Shown here in pieces: positions 14,725-29,400 of a stretch of DNA of 64,000 bases. The DNA is from the human T2T-CHM13v2.0 reference genome, Homo sapiens. The DNA lies in the NCBI RefSeq assembly GCF_009914755.1, contig NC_060934.1. The stretch is one strand, 5' to 3'. The stretch's first letter is position 1; each line of letters starts with the position of its first letter. A model generated the notes under the pieces. That model saw only the letters and a list, made by a program, of their open reading frames with translations, did not search any database and was not told the DNA's origin. The position numbers and the translations under genes were made by a program.

Positions 14725-15165
14725 TGCTGGGATAGCCAGGTTGCTAGTTTACTCTAGAAGTAACCCCTCCCTCACTTTGTTTCTTGCTGCACATGTATCT
14801 AACTACCCGTTTGCTTGAGAATTCCAAAAGCTAATCTTGAAACAATCCAGGCAGGAAGCAGAGAGGGTGGTTGCAATTTTCTCCCTTCCAGGAAGAAATT
14901 GGAGCAGTTAGTCTATGATCAGACCCCTGCAGAAATTACACCAGCCAGGCCTGTGGATGGTCTGTTACCCCAGCTAGCCATCAGAAAACAACAAGCAGAC
15001 CTACACCCCATGCCTCTCCTGTGCATCATTTCCATGCCACCTTTCCCCTTAAACATCCTCTAGGCAGCTTGAGATTTTGAGATGGCTTTTTGAGACTTGA
15101 GTCTTGCTGTCTCACAAGCTGCTAGCACTTGAATATACCTGTTTTCTCCCAGCAAACCTCACACT
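14725..15165 (+). mobile_element. Probable LTR fragment, family not identified
   Basis: LTR-like layout: TATA-like cccttaaa, tttgagacttgagtct, degenerate poly(A) signal gaatatacc. Confidence 0.4.
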
Positions 15166-15169
15166 TCGG

Positions 15170-18100
15170 TTAACTTTTATTTTAGGTTTAGGGGTACATG
15201 AGCAGGTTTGTTATATAGGTAAACTGCATGTCATGGGTGTTTGGTGTACAGATAATTTTATCACCTGGGTAATAAGCATAGTACCAGATAGGTATTTTTT
15301 CTAATCCCCTTCCTCCTACCACTCTCCACTCTCAAGTAGGCCCCAATGTCTGATGTTCCTCTCCTAGAATCCATGTGGTCTTGTTGTTTAGCTCCCCCTT
15401 ATAAGTAAGATCATGGGGTATTTGGCACTAGCCATTTGGATAATGGCTTCCAGCTCCATCTGTGTTGCTGCAGAGGATATTATCTCATTATTTTTTATAG
15501 CTACATAGTATTCCATGGAGTATACATATCACATTTTCTTTATCCAGCCCACCGTTGTTGGGCATTTAGGTTGACTCCCTGTATTTGCTATTGTGAATAG
15601 TGCTGCAATAAACATATATGTGCATGTGTCTTCATGGTAGAATGATTTATATATTCCTTTGGGTATATACCCAACAATGAGATTGCTGGGTCAAATAGTT
15701 ATTCTTTTTTAAGTTCTTTGAGGAATCACTACACTGCTTTCTACAATGGCTGAACTAATTTACACTCCCACCAGCAGTGCATAAGTCTTCCCTTTTCTCC
15801 TCAACCTCACTGGCATCTGTTACTTTTTGACTTTTTAATAATTGGCATTCTGACTGGTATGAGATGGTATTTTATTATAGTTTTGGTTTGCACTTCTCTA
15901 ATGATTACTGATGTTGTGCATTTTTTGTGTGTTTGTTGGCTACATGTATGTCTTCTTTTGAAAAGTGTCCATTCATGTCCTTTGTCCCCTTTTTAATGGA
16001 GTCATTTTTTCCTTGTAAATTTGTTTAAGTTCCTTATAGATTCTGGATATAACACCTTTGTCAGATGCATAGTTTACAAATATTTTCTCCCAATCTCTAG
16101 GTTGCCTGTTTACTCTGTTGATAGTTTCTTTTGTTATGCAGAAGCTCTTTAGTTTGGATCTCATTTGTTAATTTTTGTTTTTGTCGAAATGGCTTTTGGC
16201 ATCTTTATCATGAAATCTTTGCCAAGTCCTATGTCCAGAATGGTATTTCCTAGGTTATCTTCCAGAGTTTTTATAGTTTTGGGTTTTCATTTAAGTCTTT
16301 AATTGATTTTAAGTTGATTTTTGAATGTGGTGTAAGGTAGGGGTACAGTTTCAGTCTTCTGCATATGGCTGGCCAGTTATTCCAGCCTCATTTTTTGAAT
16401 GGGGAGTCCTTTCTTCATTGCTTGTTTTTGTCAGGTTTATTGAAGATCAGATAGTTTTAGGTGTGCAGCCTTATTTCTGGCTTCTCTATTCTGTTCCATT
16501 GGCCTAGGTGTCTGTTTTTGCACCTGTACCATGCTGTTTTGGTTACTGTAGCCCTTTAGTATAGTTTTAAGTTGGGTATGTGATGCCTCTAACTTTATTC
16601 TTTTTGCTTAGGATTGCCTTGGCTATTCCAACTCTTTTTTGGTTCCTTACGCATTTTAGAATAGTTTTTTCTATTTCTGTGAAGAACGACATTGGTAGTT
16701 TGATAGGAATAGCATTGAATCTTTAAATCACTTTGGGCAGTATGACCATTTTAACAATATTGAGTCTCCCTATCCATGAGCATGGAATGTTTTCCCATTT
16801 TTTTGTGTCATCTGATTTCTTTGAGCAGTGTTTTAAAGTTCTCATTGTGGAGATCTTTCACCTCCCTAGTTAGCTATATTCCTAGATATTTTATTCTTTT
16901 TGTGGCAGTTGAGAATGGGATTGTATTCCTGATTTGGCTCTTGGCTTGGATGTTGTTGTATAGGAGTGCTACTAATTTTGTATATGGACTTCGTACCCTG
17001 AAACTTTGCTGACGTTGTTCATCAGCTGAAGGAGATTTTGGGCCAAGCCTATGGAGTTTTCTAGATATAGAATCATGCCATCAAACAGGGGTAGTTTCAC
17101 TTCCTCTCTTCCTATCTGGATGCCCTTTATTGCTTTCCCTTGCCCGATTGCTCTTGCCAGGACTTCTAATATTGTGTTGGATAGAAATGGTGAGAGAGGG
17201 CATCTTTGTCTTGTGCTGGTTTTCAAGGGAAATGCTTTCAGCTTTTGCCTATTCAATATGATGTTGGCTGTGGTTTTGTCATAGATAGCTTTTATTATTT
17301 TGATGCATGTTCCTTCAATGCCTAGTTTATTGAAGGTTTTTAACATGAAGAGAGTTGAATTTTATTGAAAGTCTTTTCTGCCTCTGTTGAGATAATACTA
17401 TGGTTTTGGTTTTTAGTTTTATTTATTTGGTGAATCAGATTTATTGATTTGCCTATGTTGAATCAACTTTGCATCCCAGGGATAGAGCCTATTTGATCAT
17501 GGCGGATTACGTTTTTGATGTGCTTCTGGAAGCAGTTTGCTAGTATTTTGTTGAGGAGATTTTTGCATCTATGTTCATCAAGATATTGGCCTGAAGTTTT
17601 CTTTATTTGTTGTGTCTCTGCCAAGTTTTGGTATCAGGATGATGCTGGCCTCATAGAATGAGTTAGGGAGGAGTCCCTCCTCCTCAGTTTTTTTGAATAA
17701 TTTTAGTAGGAATTTAGTAGCAATCATTTAGTAGGAATGGCACCAGCGCTTCTTTATATATCTGGTAGAATTTGGCTGTGAATCTCTCTGGTCCTGGGCT
17801 TTTTTTTTGGTAAGCTTTTTGTTACTAATTCAATTTTGGAAATTGTTATTGGTCTGCTCAGGGATTCAGTTTCTTCCTGGATCATTTTTGGGTGGTTGTA
17901 TGTGTCCAGGAATTTATCCATTTCTAGTTTGATGTACTCATTTCTAGTATAGATTTTCTGGTTTGTGTGCATAGAGGCGATCATAGTAGTTTCTGATGGT
18001 GATTTGTATTTCTGTGGTGTCAGTGGTAACATCTGCTTTGTCATCTCTAATTGTGTTTATCAGGATCTTCTCTCTGTTTTTATTTGTGTAGCTAGTGGTC

Positions 18101-20775
18101 TATCTTATTATTTTTTTTTATAAAACCAATTTCTGGATCTGTTGATCTTTTGTATTTTTTTTGTATCTCAATTTCTTCAGTTCAATTCTGATTTTGGTAC
18201 TTCTTGCCTTTTGCTTGCCTTGAGGTTGGTTTACTCTTCTTCTTCTAGTTGTGATGTTAGGTTGTTAATTTTAGATCTTTCTAACTTTTTCATGTTGGGC
18301 ATTTAGTGTTATAAACTTCCCTCTTAACACTGCCTTAGTTGTGTACTAGATTTTCTGATATGTTGTATCTTTGTTCTCATTAGTTTCAAAGAACTTCCTA
18401 ACTTCTGCCTTAATTTCATTGTTTACCCAAATGTCATTCAGGAGGAGGTTGTTTAATTTCCGCATAATTGTATGGTTTTGAGTGATTTTCTTAGTCTTGG
18501 TTTCTATTTTTATTTTGCTGTAGTCTGAGAGTGTGGTTGGTATGATTTTGATTTTTTTTTAACTTGCTAAGGATTATTTTATTGCCAGTTAGATTTTTTG
18601 GAGTATGTGCTATGTCGTGATGAGAAGAATGTATATTCTGTTGTTTTTGGGTGGAGACTTGTGTAGTGTCTATTTGTCCACTAGTCAAGTGTTGAGTTTA
18701 GGTGCTGAATATCTTTGTTTATTTTCTGCCTCAATGGTCTAATACTGTCAGTGGGGACTTCTGTTTAATAGCAATCTCCCACTATTATTGTGTGTGGGTC
18801 TAAGTCTCTTTGTAGGTCCCTAAGAACTTGCTTACCCTGGGTATCAATCTGGGCGGTCCTATGTTGGGTGTGTATATGTTTAGAATAGTTAAATCTTCTT
18901 GCAGAATTGAACCCTTTACCAATATGTACTGCCCATCTTTACCTTTTTTGATCTTTATTTGCTTAAAGTCCCATTTTGCCTGAAATTAGGTTTGCAACTC
19001 CTGCTTTTTCCTGTTTTCCATGTGCATGGTAAATTTTTCTCTGTCTTTTAATTTTGAGCCTATGATTGTCATTGCCTGTGAGATGGATCTCTTGAAGATA
19101 GCATACCCATTGGGTCTTGCTTCCTTTTCCAGCTTGCCACTCTGTACCTTTTAATTTGGGCATTTAGCCCATTTGCATTCTCTGTTAATATTGATATGTA
19201 TGGGTTTGATCTCGCTATCATGTTGTTAGCATTTGATTGCCTGAAAAGATCTTATTTCTCTTCCACTTATGACATTCAGTTTGGCTGGATATGAAATTCG
19301 TGGCTGGAAATTTTTTTCTTTAGGAATGCTGAATATAGGCTACCCCCAACCCAGTCTCTTCTGGCTTGTAGGGTTTCTGCTGAAAGGCCCACTTTTAGCC
19401 TGATGGGTGGGGTTCTTTTTGTAGGTGACCTGCACATTCTCTCTAGTTGCCTTTATCATTTTTTCTTTCATGTTGACCTTTGAAAATCTGACGATTATGT
19501 GTCTTGGGGATTATCTTCTTATGTAATACCTTTCAGGGGCTCTGTGTATTTCCCGGATTTGAATGTTGTCCTCTCTAGCGAGGTTGGGTAAGTGTTCATC
19601 AATGATATAGCAAAATATGTTTTCCAGGTTGCTTGCTTTTTCCCCGCCTCTTTCAGGAACCAATCAGTCATAGATTTGACCTCTACCTAACCCCAAATTT
19701 CTGAGTTTTTTTTTTTTTTCATTCTTTTTTCTTTGTTTTTGTCTGATTGATTTATTTTAGAGAGCCACAGGGGTGGATAGAGTTGCTCGCCCTGCCTTCT
19801 GGGTGTTTCCAGGGTAGCAGGAGGCAAATTCAGGCAGAAGTAGGACCACTGAGCTAGAAGCTCTGGCAGGCATGGCTCACCTGGCTACCAGCAGTGGGGG
19901 TGGGCGAGGATGCCTGCTCTATAGTCTAGATGCTTCCTGGAACAACATGAAGGTGCACCCTCTCACTGAGTTTACACAGAAACATGGCCACTGGGCTGGA
20001 AGCTCTAGGAGGTGTTGCCCATATGGGTATCAATGGGAGGGGTGGGTGGGGTCACCTGCTCAGCTCTCTGGGTATTTCCTGGGAAAACAGGTGGCTACAC
20101 CCTCCAGCTGAGTTCACACAAGAGCAGGACTGCTGGGCTGGAAGCTCTAGCAAGCCTTACCTGCCTGGCTACCAGTGGTGAGGGTGGGTGGAATGGCCAG
20201 CTGAGTTCGGCCCAAAGTGGGCCTGCTAGTCCAGAAGCTGGCCTTGAGCCTCATCTGGCAAGAATACATGGATAAATCATACAGCTCCCAGGCACTGCAA
20301 CTGTGGTCTTTACTGAGGCAGTGACATTGGTGCTGGTCTGCCCTTGGGCCCAAGGCTTGTGGAGGTCACCGTGGACTCAAGAGTTGCCCCCACAAAATGT
20401 CCCAGTGGCTCCTACCTCAGTCTAGAAATGTGGTGGAGTTGGTGGGGGCCCAGGGGGATTCTCCCACTCCCAGTCTTGCACAGGTCCCTGTGGAGAGCTG
20501 AATCCCCCTAGGGGCTCTCACCCTTTCACATGTTGGAAAATGGTTCACTTACTCAGCCTTTCCCATATTGAAAGGTTCTCCTGGCTCTGCACTGAGCCCA
20601 GACATGCTGGTGCCTCACCTCACTCCTCTCTGCTCTCTGTTACCCTGCTGCCTTGATGGATAGTAACGTGGTTTCTCAGATGATCGGCCTACAGGGTCAA
20701 TGTTCACTAGCCCCTTTTGTTTCTGCTCTGTGAGAATGGTGCATATGAGATGCTTCTAGTCAGCTATCTTGTCCA
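15170..20775 (-). mobile_element. Near full-length L1PA13-16-like element with internal ORF1 deletion
   Basis: 3' end ggggtacatgagcaggtttgttatataggtaaact. ORF2 fragments ([13 protein letters not shown]...CPLSPFL). Tandem-repeat 5'UTR at 19770-20200. Confidence 0.88.
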
Positions 20776-20876
20776 AACGTCCTAAAATTTTTAATAATCT
20801 AATTGTTAATTTTTCCCTTACTTTCTTTTATAAAATGATCTTCTACTACACAGCAGCTCAAGAATACTTTAAAACC

Positions 20877-21713
<837 letters not shown>

Positions 21714-21926
21714 GATATTGTCAGAAAAATTTAAATGTTTTAATATGTATTAGGTTATATACAACTTACACCACGTAAAGCACTATTACAAACAGACCAG
21801 ATGTGTCATTTTATTTTGCTTCTATGCAGATAATTTTTCCTGAAACGTTGTATAGTGACTCTCAGAGTAAAATGTACATTAATAATGTATATTATCATAT
21901 CTTTCTATAACTTATTGTGTTTTTAA

Positions 21927-22046
<120 letters not shown>

Positions 22047-22906
22047 TAAGACATAAAGATACATGTTAATCTTTTTTTCCTTGTTAATTTATATTTTCTT
22101 TTTATACAAACAATTTAAAGTCAAATAAACATAACTTATGAATAATCTTTTAAAAACATAAAATTGGCAAATACATGTTTTTATAAGCATACCAGTATAT
22201 GATTATGGGATAAAGCTAAAAAGGGAAGAACAAAGAACCAAAAATGGACTGGAAGAGGAGATTGAACCACAATACATTCAGAAATAGGTGAACAGAATTA
22301 AATCTTTAATTTTAGGAAAAAAGCATTTACATTGTTTCTTTGATGGTCTAGCTCATGCTTTGTAATTTGTTAACTCCACAGTGTTGGCTGTTCTTTTCTA
22401 CTGTACTTATTAATTGTATTATTCTTATAAAAAGTTATTTATTTTTTGTGTATGTGTATTATTATAAAGTGACATTATTAAGTAAATATTTTCTTTAGTA
22501 TTATAATTATTGCATTTGAATTTGCCTGGTTAAACCCTAATATTAAAATAATTTTAAAAGGAAACTATGAAGTCAAACTTTATAGAATTCCACAAATCCT
22601 GAAAAGAAATTCATGGGACAAATGGCTTTGACCTTTAACAAAAAATGACCCGAGAAGAAAAAATGACCAATATGCTTTGACTATCAGTCTTTTCACATTT
22701 TAATCATACCAGTGAGAAGTTAGTTTGAGAAATGTTATTCAGTTGTTTGTAATTTAGCCTGTATGAATTTTATGTCTCTTAGAAATATGAATTTTTTTAA
22801 AAAAACTTCATTATTTTAAAATCGTTTAAAAAGTCCTCCTCAAGAAAGCAAAGCAGTGATGCATTTAAAAATATCATGATGCATTTTAAAACATTTTATG
22901 TTACAG

Positions 22907-22961
22907 GAAGATGTCTCCAGAAAAAGAGTTTAAAATAAAAGAAGATTTGGATCAAGTACAG
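22907..22961 (+). CDS. CCDC7: CCDC7 internal coding exon (55 nt, phase 2 to 0): (K)KMSPEKEFKIKEDLDQVQ
   Basis: ttacag| ... CAG|gtaaca. Phase fits both neighbouring exons. Confidence 0.9.
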
Positions 22962-23239
22962 GTAACACACCCACTCTCTCTATGCATCAATATTTGATTA
23001 ATACTTGCTCTGATAGTCATATATAGAGAAACATTATTACGTATGTGATTATAGGGTATATATGTCTGTGTGTGTGTATGTGTCTCTGTGTGTGTGTGTA
23101 CTAAAATTCTTCCTGAGATAATGTCTTTCTTGTTGATGGACTCTTCTCATCAAAGTTCAGAGAATGAAATGTCAAACCCAGGCATATTTATGTCAATATT
23201 ATGAAAATTACCATGGTTTAAACAACTACAGGCAATACC

Positions 23240-23410
23240 ATGGAGGAAAGAGCATCATATCAGGAGTCAGAACAGCAACTTACTGATTATATGACTTTGG
23301 ATAATTCCCTTTAACCTATTTGAATTTCAAATTTTTCAAAATTTTCATAACCCAAATGTGTAAAACAATAGCTACTCTATTTGTCTTAAAAAGGTGTAAA
23401 CATTTTAAGA
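23240..23410 (+). mobile_element. MIR fragment
   Basis: ggaaagagca...ggagtcagaa...tgactttggataattccctttaacct resembles the MIR core. Confidence 0.5.
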
Positions 23411-24283
23411 TGCAACGAAAAACTTCTTCAGAAATTGTAAACTCTGTGTCTGACTCTGGTTTGTGTGATCTAATTAGAGGAATACAGGTAAGCTGTTATT
23501 ACATTTTGGCTTTTGAATATTCTTTTTTCTTTTGCTACATGTTAATTTCTTTTTTTTTGGATTTACGTTTTATTCAAAGGATAAATACAAAATTAAGAAA
23601 GATTTCAAATTCAAAGCAAATATGCTTAATATTTCAAAACAATTCTACATACAAAGTACAATAGGAAAAAAACCAAAAGCCCCCATAAATTAGAGTGGCT
23701 AGACACATTCAAGTCTAGCAGAAAGAAACTTGGAATTTAATGCAACGTTATTTCTCTTGTCTAGAAGCTAAAGACTTAATTGTCTCAGATATCTTCCATC
23801 TCCTTATGGGCATTACTTGAAGACAACAGTGGAGCAAGCTTTTTAATGAACTTGCCATGGTAAAAAACCAATGACAGATGCCACACTGGAAAGAGGACAA
23901 CAATGTAACCTAAAAGGGAGCTACTGGCAGAAATAAAAACTAGTGATACTGATAATATCTAGACCTTTGTAGATGTTTAGAGTACTGTACAATCTTAAAT
24001 TATTGTTTATCAACATTTTGGTCTCACAAATTAAGAATGTACTAGTTAAGAACCAAGGAGTTATACCCAGTTCACGCTACTGTTTCCTTCACTTGCCCTT
24101 TAGATATAATGAATCTGGAATTCTCAATGAGTGTTACATGGTTTGGGAATTCTGGCAATTTTCCTTCCATGACCTCCCTATACTTATCTCCATTTCAAAA
24201 TATGCAAAGCTGAGTGACAGAGGCAAAAATTAATTCCTAAAGATCCAAAGGGTACACAATACCTGTCAAATTTCGTATGTCTG

Positions 24284-24588
24284 GGCAGGATGCGGTGGCT
24301 TACGCCTGTAATACCAGCACTTCGGGAGGCTGAGGCGGACAGATCACTTGAGGTCAGGAGTTCGAGACTAGCCTGGCCAACACGGCAAAACCCTGTCTCT
24401 ACCAAAAATACAAAAATTAGCTGGGCATGATGGCACGTGCCTGCAGTCCCAGCCACTCCAGAGACTGAGGCAGAAGACTGGCGTGAACCCAGGAGGCGGA
24501 GGCTGCAGTGAGCCGAGACCACACCACTGCACGCCAGCCTGGGCAACAGAGCAAAACTCCGTCTCAAAAAAAAAAAAAAAAAAAAAAA
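24284..24588 (+). mobile_element. AluS
   Basis: Full dimer with long poly(A). Confidence 0.95.
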
Positions 24589-25309
24589 GATGTAGTCTCT
24601 GGAAAAAATGACGCATGTTGGTGAGGCAGCCTTAGGCTCTAGTGCAGAAGAATAGAGAAGGAGAGGTGGAGGAGGGAGAGAAGGAGAGACCAAAGACTGG
24701 GCTGAATTCTACAAGCAGGCAAAACAGCACATCTATCCATTCAAATCACCCTGGCATAACTGTCTCCTGAAAAACATATCGAATGCTATAACCACTGGGG
24801 ATAGACTCTAGCATGCTGTTTATGAAAGGATTCTGTAAGGGAATCTTTGCTCTATAATTAACAGAGTACCAGATATTATAGAAACTTTAGATTGTCTTGC
24901 TACTCACTGACCTTAAATATTATCCTTCTTTTGCAACTTATCAAGTCACTTAAAAATTTTAATCATTGCATACCCTGTAAACTTCCTATAAACAACATGT
25001 GATTGCAAAATGTTTAAAAAGATGTGAGAAAATATCTGTGGAGTGTGGTATCAGAAAAGGCAGAGCCTTTGTTTTATCTAACGATTATTTCCCAAACTGG
25101 GAAATTGGGGTAGAGACAGCTAGATGTTAATTTCTTAACAACCATCTAGCATTATATCACCCATTTCAGTGAATGGCTCGAGTTAAGTGTACAAGTATGT
25201 GCAAGCGTACAAGTATGTATACACCTGAATGACCCAAGAACTAGATAACATAAATTTTGTAAAAAACAAGAGTACCACATAAAATAGTGAATATAAAATG
25301 TACTATTTT

Positions 25310-26240
25310 GTAGCATTAGTTTTCTATTGCTGCATAGCAAGTTACCACAAATTTAGCAGCTTAAACAATTTATATTATCTCATAGTTTCAGTGGGTTCGG
25401 CATCTGAGCATGGCTTAGCTGTGTCCTATGCTGTAATCAACTTATGCTCACCAGGCTATTATCAAAGTGTTGGCTGGGCTCCATTCCATTATATGTCTTG
25501 AGAATCCTCTTCCAAGCTCAAGTGGATGTGATAAACTTCAGTTCCTTGCAGTTTAGGGCTGAGGCACTTAACTTCTAGGGGCAGTCTGCAGTTTCCTGCC
25601 ACATGGTCTTTTCCATAGATTGTTCGTATCATAGCACCTTTCCTCCTCCTCCTCCTCTTCTTCCTCTTCCTCCTCCTCCTCTTCCTTCTTTCTTCTTCTA
25701 CAGGGTCTCACTCTGTCACCTAGGTTGGAGTGCAGTGGCATGACCCTAGCTCACTACAGCCTGAACTCCTGGGCTCAAGCCATCCTCCCGCCTCACCCTC
25801 CCAGGTATCTAGGACTACAGGCATACACCATCACACCCTGCTAAGTTTTATGTTTTTTAAGTTTTTTGTAACACCAAGCTCTTGCTATGTTGCCCAGGCT
25901 GGTCTTGGATTCCTGGCCTCAAATGATCCTCCTGCCTCAGCCTCTCAAATTTTTGGGATTATAGGCATAAGCCACCATGCCTGGCTAGCTCACAAGAGTC
26001 TCTCTTGTCTGCTAAGACAGAGTTCTAATATAATGTAACTTGATCATAGGAGTGACATCCTCTCACTCTTGCTATATAATGAACCTAATAAAGGGAGTGG
26101 CATCCCATCACTTTGCCATATTCTATTGGCCAGAAGCAAGCCACAGATCCCACCCACACTCAGAGGGGCTGGATTATTATATATAACATGACCCTAAGGG
26201 TGAAGGTCATGGGATTATTTTAGATTTTTGCCTGCCGTCT
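25310..26240 (-). mobile_element. MLT1-family (MaLR) LTR, interrupted by AluJ
   Basis: ttaccacaaatttagcagcttaaacaa...attatctcatagtttc start and ttttagatttttgcctgcc end, typical of antisense MLT1E/F. Confidence 0.75.
25640..25986 (-). mobile_element. AluJ with a (CCT/CTT)n-converted tail
   Basis: Antisense Alu preceded by a tcc/ttc repeat at 25640-25698. Confidence 0.9.
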
Positions 26241-26438
26241 TATTTTATTAAAAAAAAATTTATTTTTATTTCTGTGGGTACATAGTAGGTGTATATATTT
26301 ATGGGATACATGAGATATTTTGATACAAGCATACAATGCATAATAATCACATCAGGGTAAATGAGTATCCATCTCCTCAAGCACTTTTCATTTCTTTGTG
26401 TTATAGATAATCCAATTATACTTTCTTAGTTGTTTTTG
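26240..26438 (-). mobile_element. L1MA2/3 3' end, first part; continues at 33383-34222
   Basis: gggtacatagtaggtgtatatatttatggg...aataatcacatcagggtaaatg. Confidence 0.8.
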
Positions 26439-26439
26439 T

Positions 26440-29400
26440 CATTTATTTATTTTTAAATTTATTTTTCCATAAGTTATTGGGGTCCAGGTGGTATTTGGTT
26501 ACATGAGTAAGTTCTTTAGCAGTGATTTGTGAGATTTTGGTGCACCCATCATCCAAGCAGTATACACTGCACCATATTTGTAGTCTTTTATCCCTCGCCC
26601 ACCTCCCACTCTTGCCCTCAAGTCCCCAAAGTCTATTGTATCATTCTTATGTCTTTGCATCCTCACAGCTTACCTCCCACATATCATTGATGTTATAAAT
26701 AAATATTTGGTGCCGCCAAAGAAACAGCACTCGAACATAAATTTAATTTTCTCAGCAAGGTAATTTTACTTCTATAGAAGGGTGTGACTTGCGGATGGAG
26801 CAATGGCAGGAGCACACCTGAACAAGGGAGGGGAAGGGGTTCTTATTCCTGGTGCAGGTAGCCCCTACTGCTGTGTTATTCCCCTATTGGCTAGGGTTGG
26901 ACCGCACAGTCTAAGCTAATTCCGATTGGCTATTTTAAAGAGAGCAGGAGTATGAACTGGAGGGGCAGAGTCAGTAGTTTGGCAGGAAGGGCAGCTACAG
27001 AACAGATAATTCAGGTCAGAGCAGGTGACCAGGGTGACTCAGGACGGAGCAGGTGATCAGGGGTGACTCAAGACGTAGCAGGTGACCAGGGAAACATATG
27101 TGAACTACTGATTAGAACTGGTGGAAAAGGTTGTTTACTGAAACTAGGGGCGAGGAGAATGAAGAAGTTAAACTTTAAAATGGCGGACAAAGAACACGGG
27201 AGCTGAACATCCTGATACATTGGTTCTTTGGAGAGGATCTCAGAAATCATTGTACTTAACAATTTACAGGCTAAAACCTTTGAAGAGGAATTTATTATAT
27301 CCTACAGTGAGAACATCCGATGTTTGGTTTTCCATTCCTGAGTTACATCACTTAGAATAATAGTCTCCAATCTCATCCAGGTCACTGCAAATGCTATTAA
27401 TTCATTCCTTTTTATGGCTGAGTAGTATTCCATCATATAAATATACCACAGTTTCTTTATCCACTTGTTGATTGATGGGCATTTGGGTTGGTTCCATGAT
27501 TTTGCAGTTGTGAATTGTGCTGCTATAAACATGCATGTGCAAGTATCTTTTTTGAATAATGACTTCATTTTCTCTGGGTAGATACCCAGTAGTGGGATTG
27601 CTGGATCAAATGGTAGTTCTACTGTTAGTTCTTTAAGGAATCTCTACACCGTTTTCCATAGTGGCTGTACTAGTTTGTGTTCCCACCAGCAGTGTAGAAG
27701 TGTTCTCTGATCACCGCATCCACACCAACATCTACTGTTTTTTGATTTTTTGATTATGGGCATTCGTGCAGGAGCAAGGTGGTATGGCATTGTGGTTTTG
27801 ATTTGCATTTCCCTGATCATTCATGATGTTGAGCATTTTTTCATATGTTTGTTAGCCATTTGTATATCTTCTTTTGAGAATTGTCTATTCACGTTCTTAG
27901 CCCACTTTTTGATGGGATACTTTGTTTTTTTCTTATTGATTTGTTTGAGTTCGTCATAGATATTAGGTGTTAGTCCTTTGTCAGATGTATGGATTGTGAA
28001 GATTTTCTTCCACTCTGTGGGTTGTCTGATTACTCTGCTGACTGTTCCTTTTGCCGTGCAAAAGCTTTTTAGTTTAATTAGGTCCCAGATATTTATTTTC
28101 ATTTTTATTGCATTTGCTTTTGGGTTCCTGGTCATGAAATCCTTGCCTAAGCCAATGTCTAGAAGGGGTTTTCCAATGTTATCTTCTAGAATTTTTATAG
28201 TTTTATGTCTTAGGTTTAAGTCCTTAACCCACCTTAAGTTGATTTATGTATAAGGTGAGAGATGAGGATCCTGTTTCATTCTCCTACATGTGTTTAGCCA
28301 ATTATCCCAGCACCATTTGTTGAATAGGGTGTCCTTTCCCCACTTTATGTTTTTGTTTGCTTTGTCGAAGATCAGTTGGCTGTAAGTATTTGGGTTTATT
28401 TCTGGGTTCTCTTTTCTGTTCCATTGTCAGTGTGCCTGTTTTTATACCAGTACCATGCTGTTTTGGTGACTATGGCCTTATAGTATAGTTTGAAATCAGG
28501 TAGTGTGATGCCTTCAGATTTCTTCTTTTTGCTTAGTCTTACTTTGGCTATGGGGGCTCTGTTTTGGTTCCATATGAATTTTAGGATTGTTTTTTCTAGT
28601 TCTGTGAAGAATTATGGTGGTATTTTAATGGGGATTGCATTGAATTTGTAGATTGCTTTTGGCAGTATGGTCATTTTCACAATATTGATTCCACCCATCC
28701 ATGAGCATGGGATGTGTTTCCATATGTTTGTGTCATCTATGATTTATTTCAGCAATGTTTTGTAGTTTTCCTTGTAGATGTCTTTCAACTCCTTGGCTAG
28801 GTATATTCTTAAGTTTTTTTTTTTTTTCAGCTATTGTAAAAGGAGTTGAGTACTTGATTTGATTTTCCGCTTGGTTGCTGTTGGTGTATAGAAGAGTTAC
28901 TGATTTGTGTACATTAATCTTGTATCCAGAAACTTTGCTGAATTCTTTTATCAGTTCTAGGAGCTTTCTGGAGGTGTCTTTAGGGTTTTCAAGGTAAATG
29001 ATTGTCAGCAAACAGTGACAGTTTGACTACTTCTTTACTGATTTGGGTGTCTTTTATTTCTTTCTCTTGTCTGATAGCTCTTGCTAGGACTTTCAGTACT
29101 ATGTTGAGGAGGAGTGGTGAGAATGGGCATCCTTGTCTTGTTCCAGTTCTCAGAGGGAATGCTTTCAACTTTTCTCCATTCAGTATTATGTTGGCATTGG
29201 GTTGTCATAGATGGCTTTTATTACATTATGGTATGTCCCTTGTATGCCGTTTTGCTGAGAGTTTTAAGGGATGCTGGATTTTGTTGAATGATTTTTCTGC
29301 ATCTACTGAGATGATTGTGTGATTTTTGTTTTTAATTCTTTTTATGTTGTGTATCACATTTATTGACTTGGGTATATTAAACCATCCCTGCATCCCTGGT

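Noticed and set aside
19770-20200. Regularly spaced repeats here, and at 27020-27091 and 47352-47414, as CRISPR-like arrays
   Set aside because: Eukaryotic transposon-internal tandem repeats with homologous rather than unique spacers; no cas genes.
23432-23487. Possible cryptic exon ending at a strong donor CAG|gtaagc
   Set aside because: It would shift the frame, and there is no supporting evidence beyond the splice dinucleotides.
24184-24693. 169-aa minus-strand ORF and similar ORFs at 1878, 20957, 49702, 51596 and 63159
   Set aside because: Typical antisense-Alu open frames, not genes.
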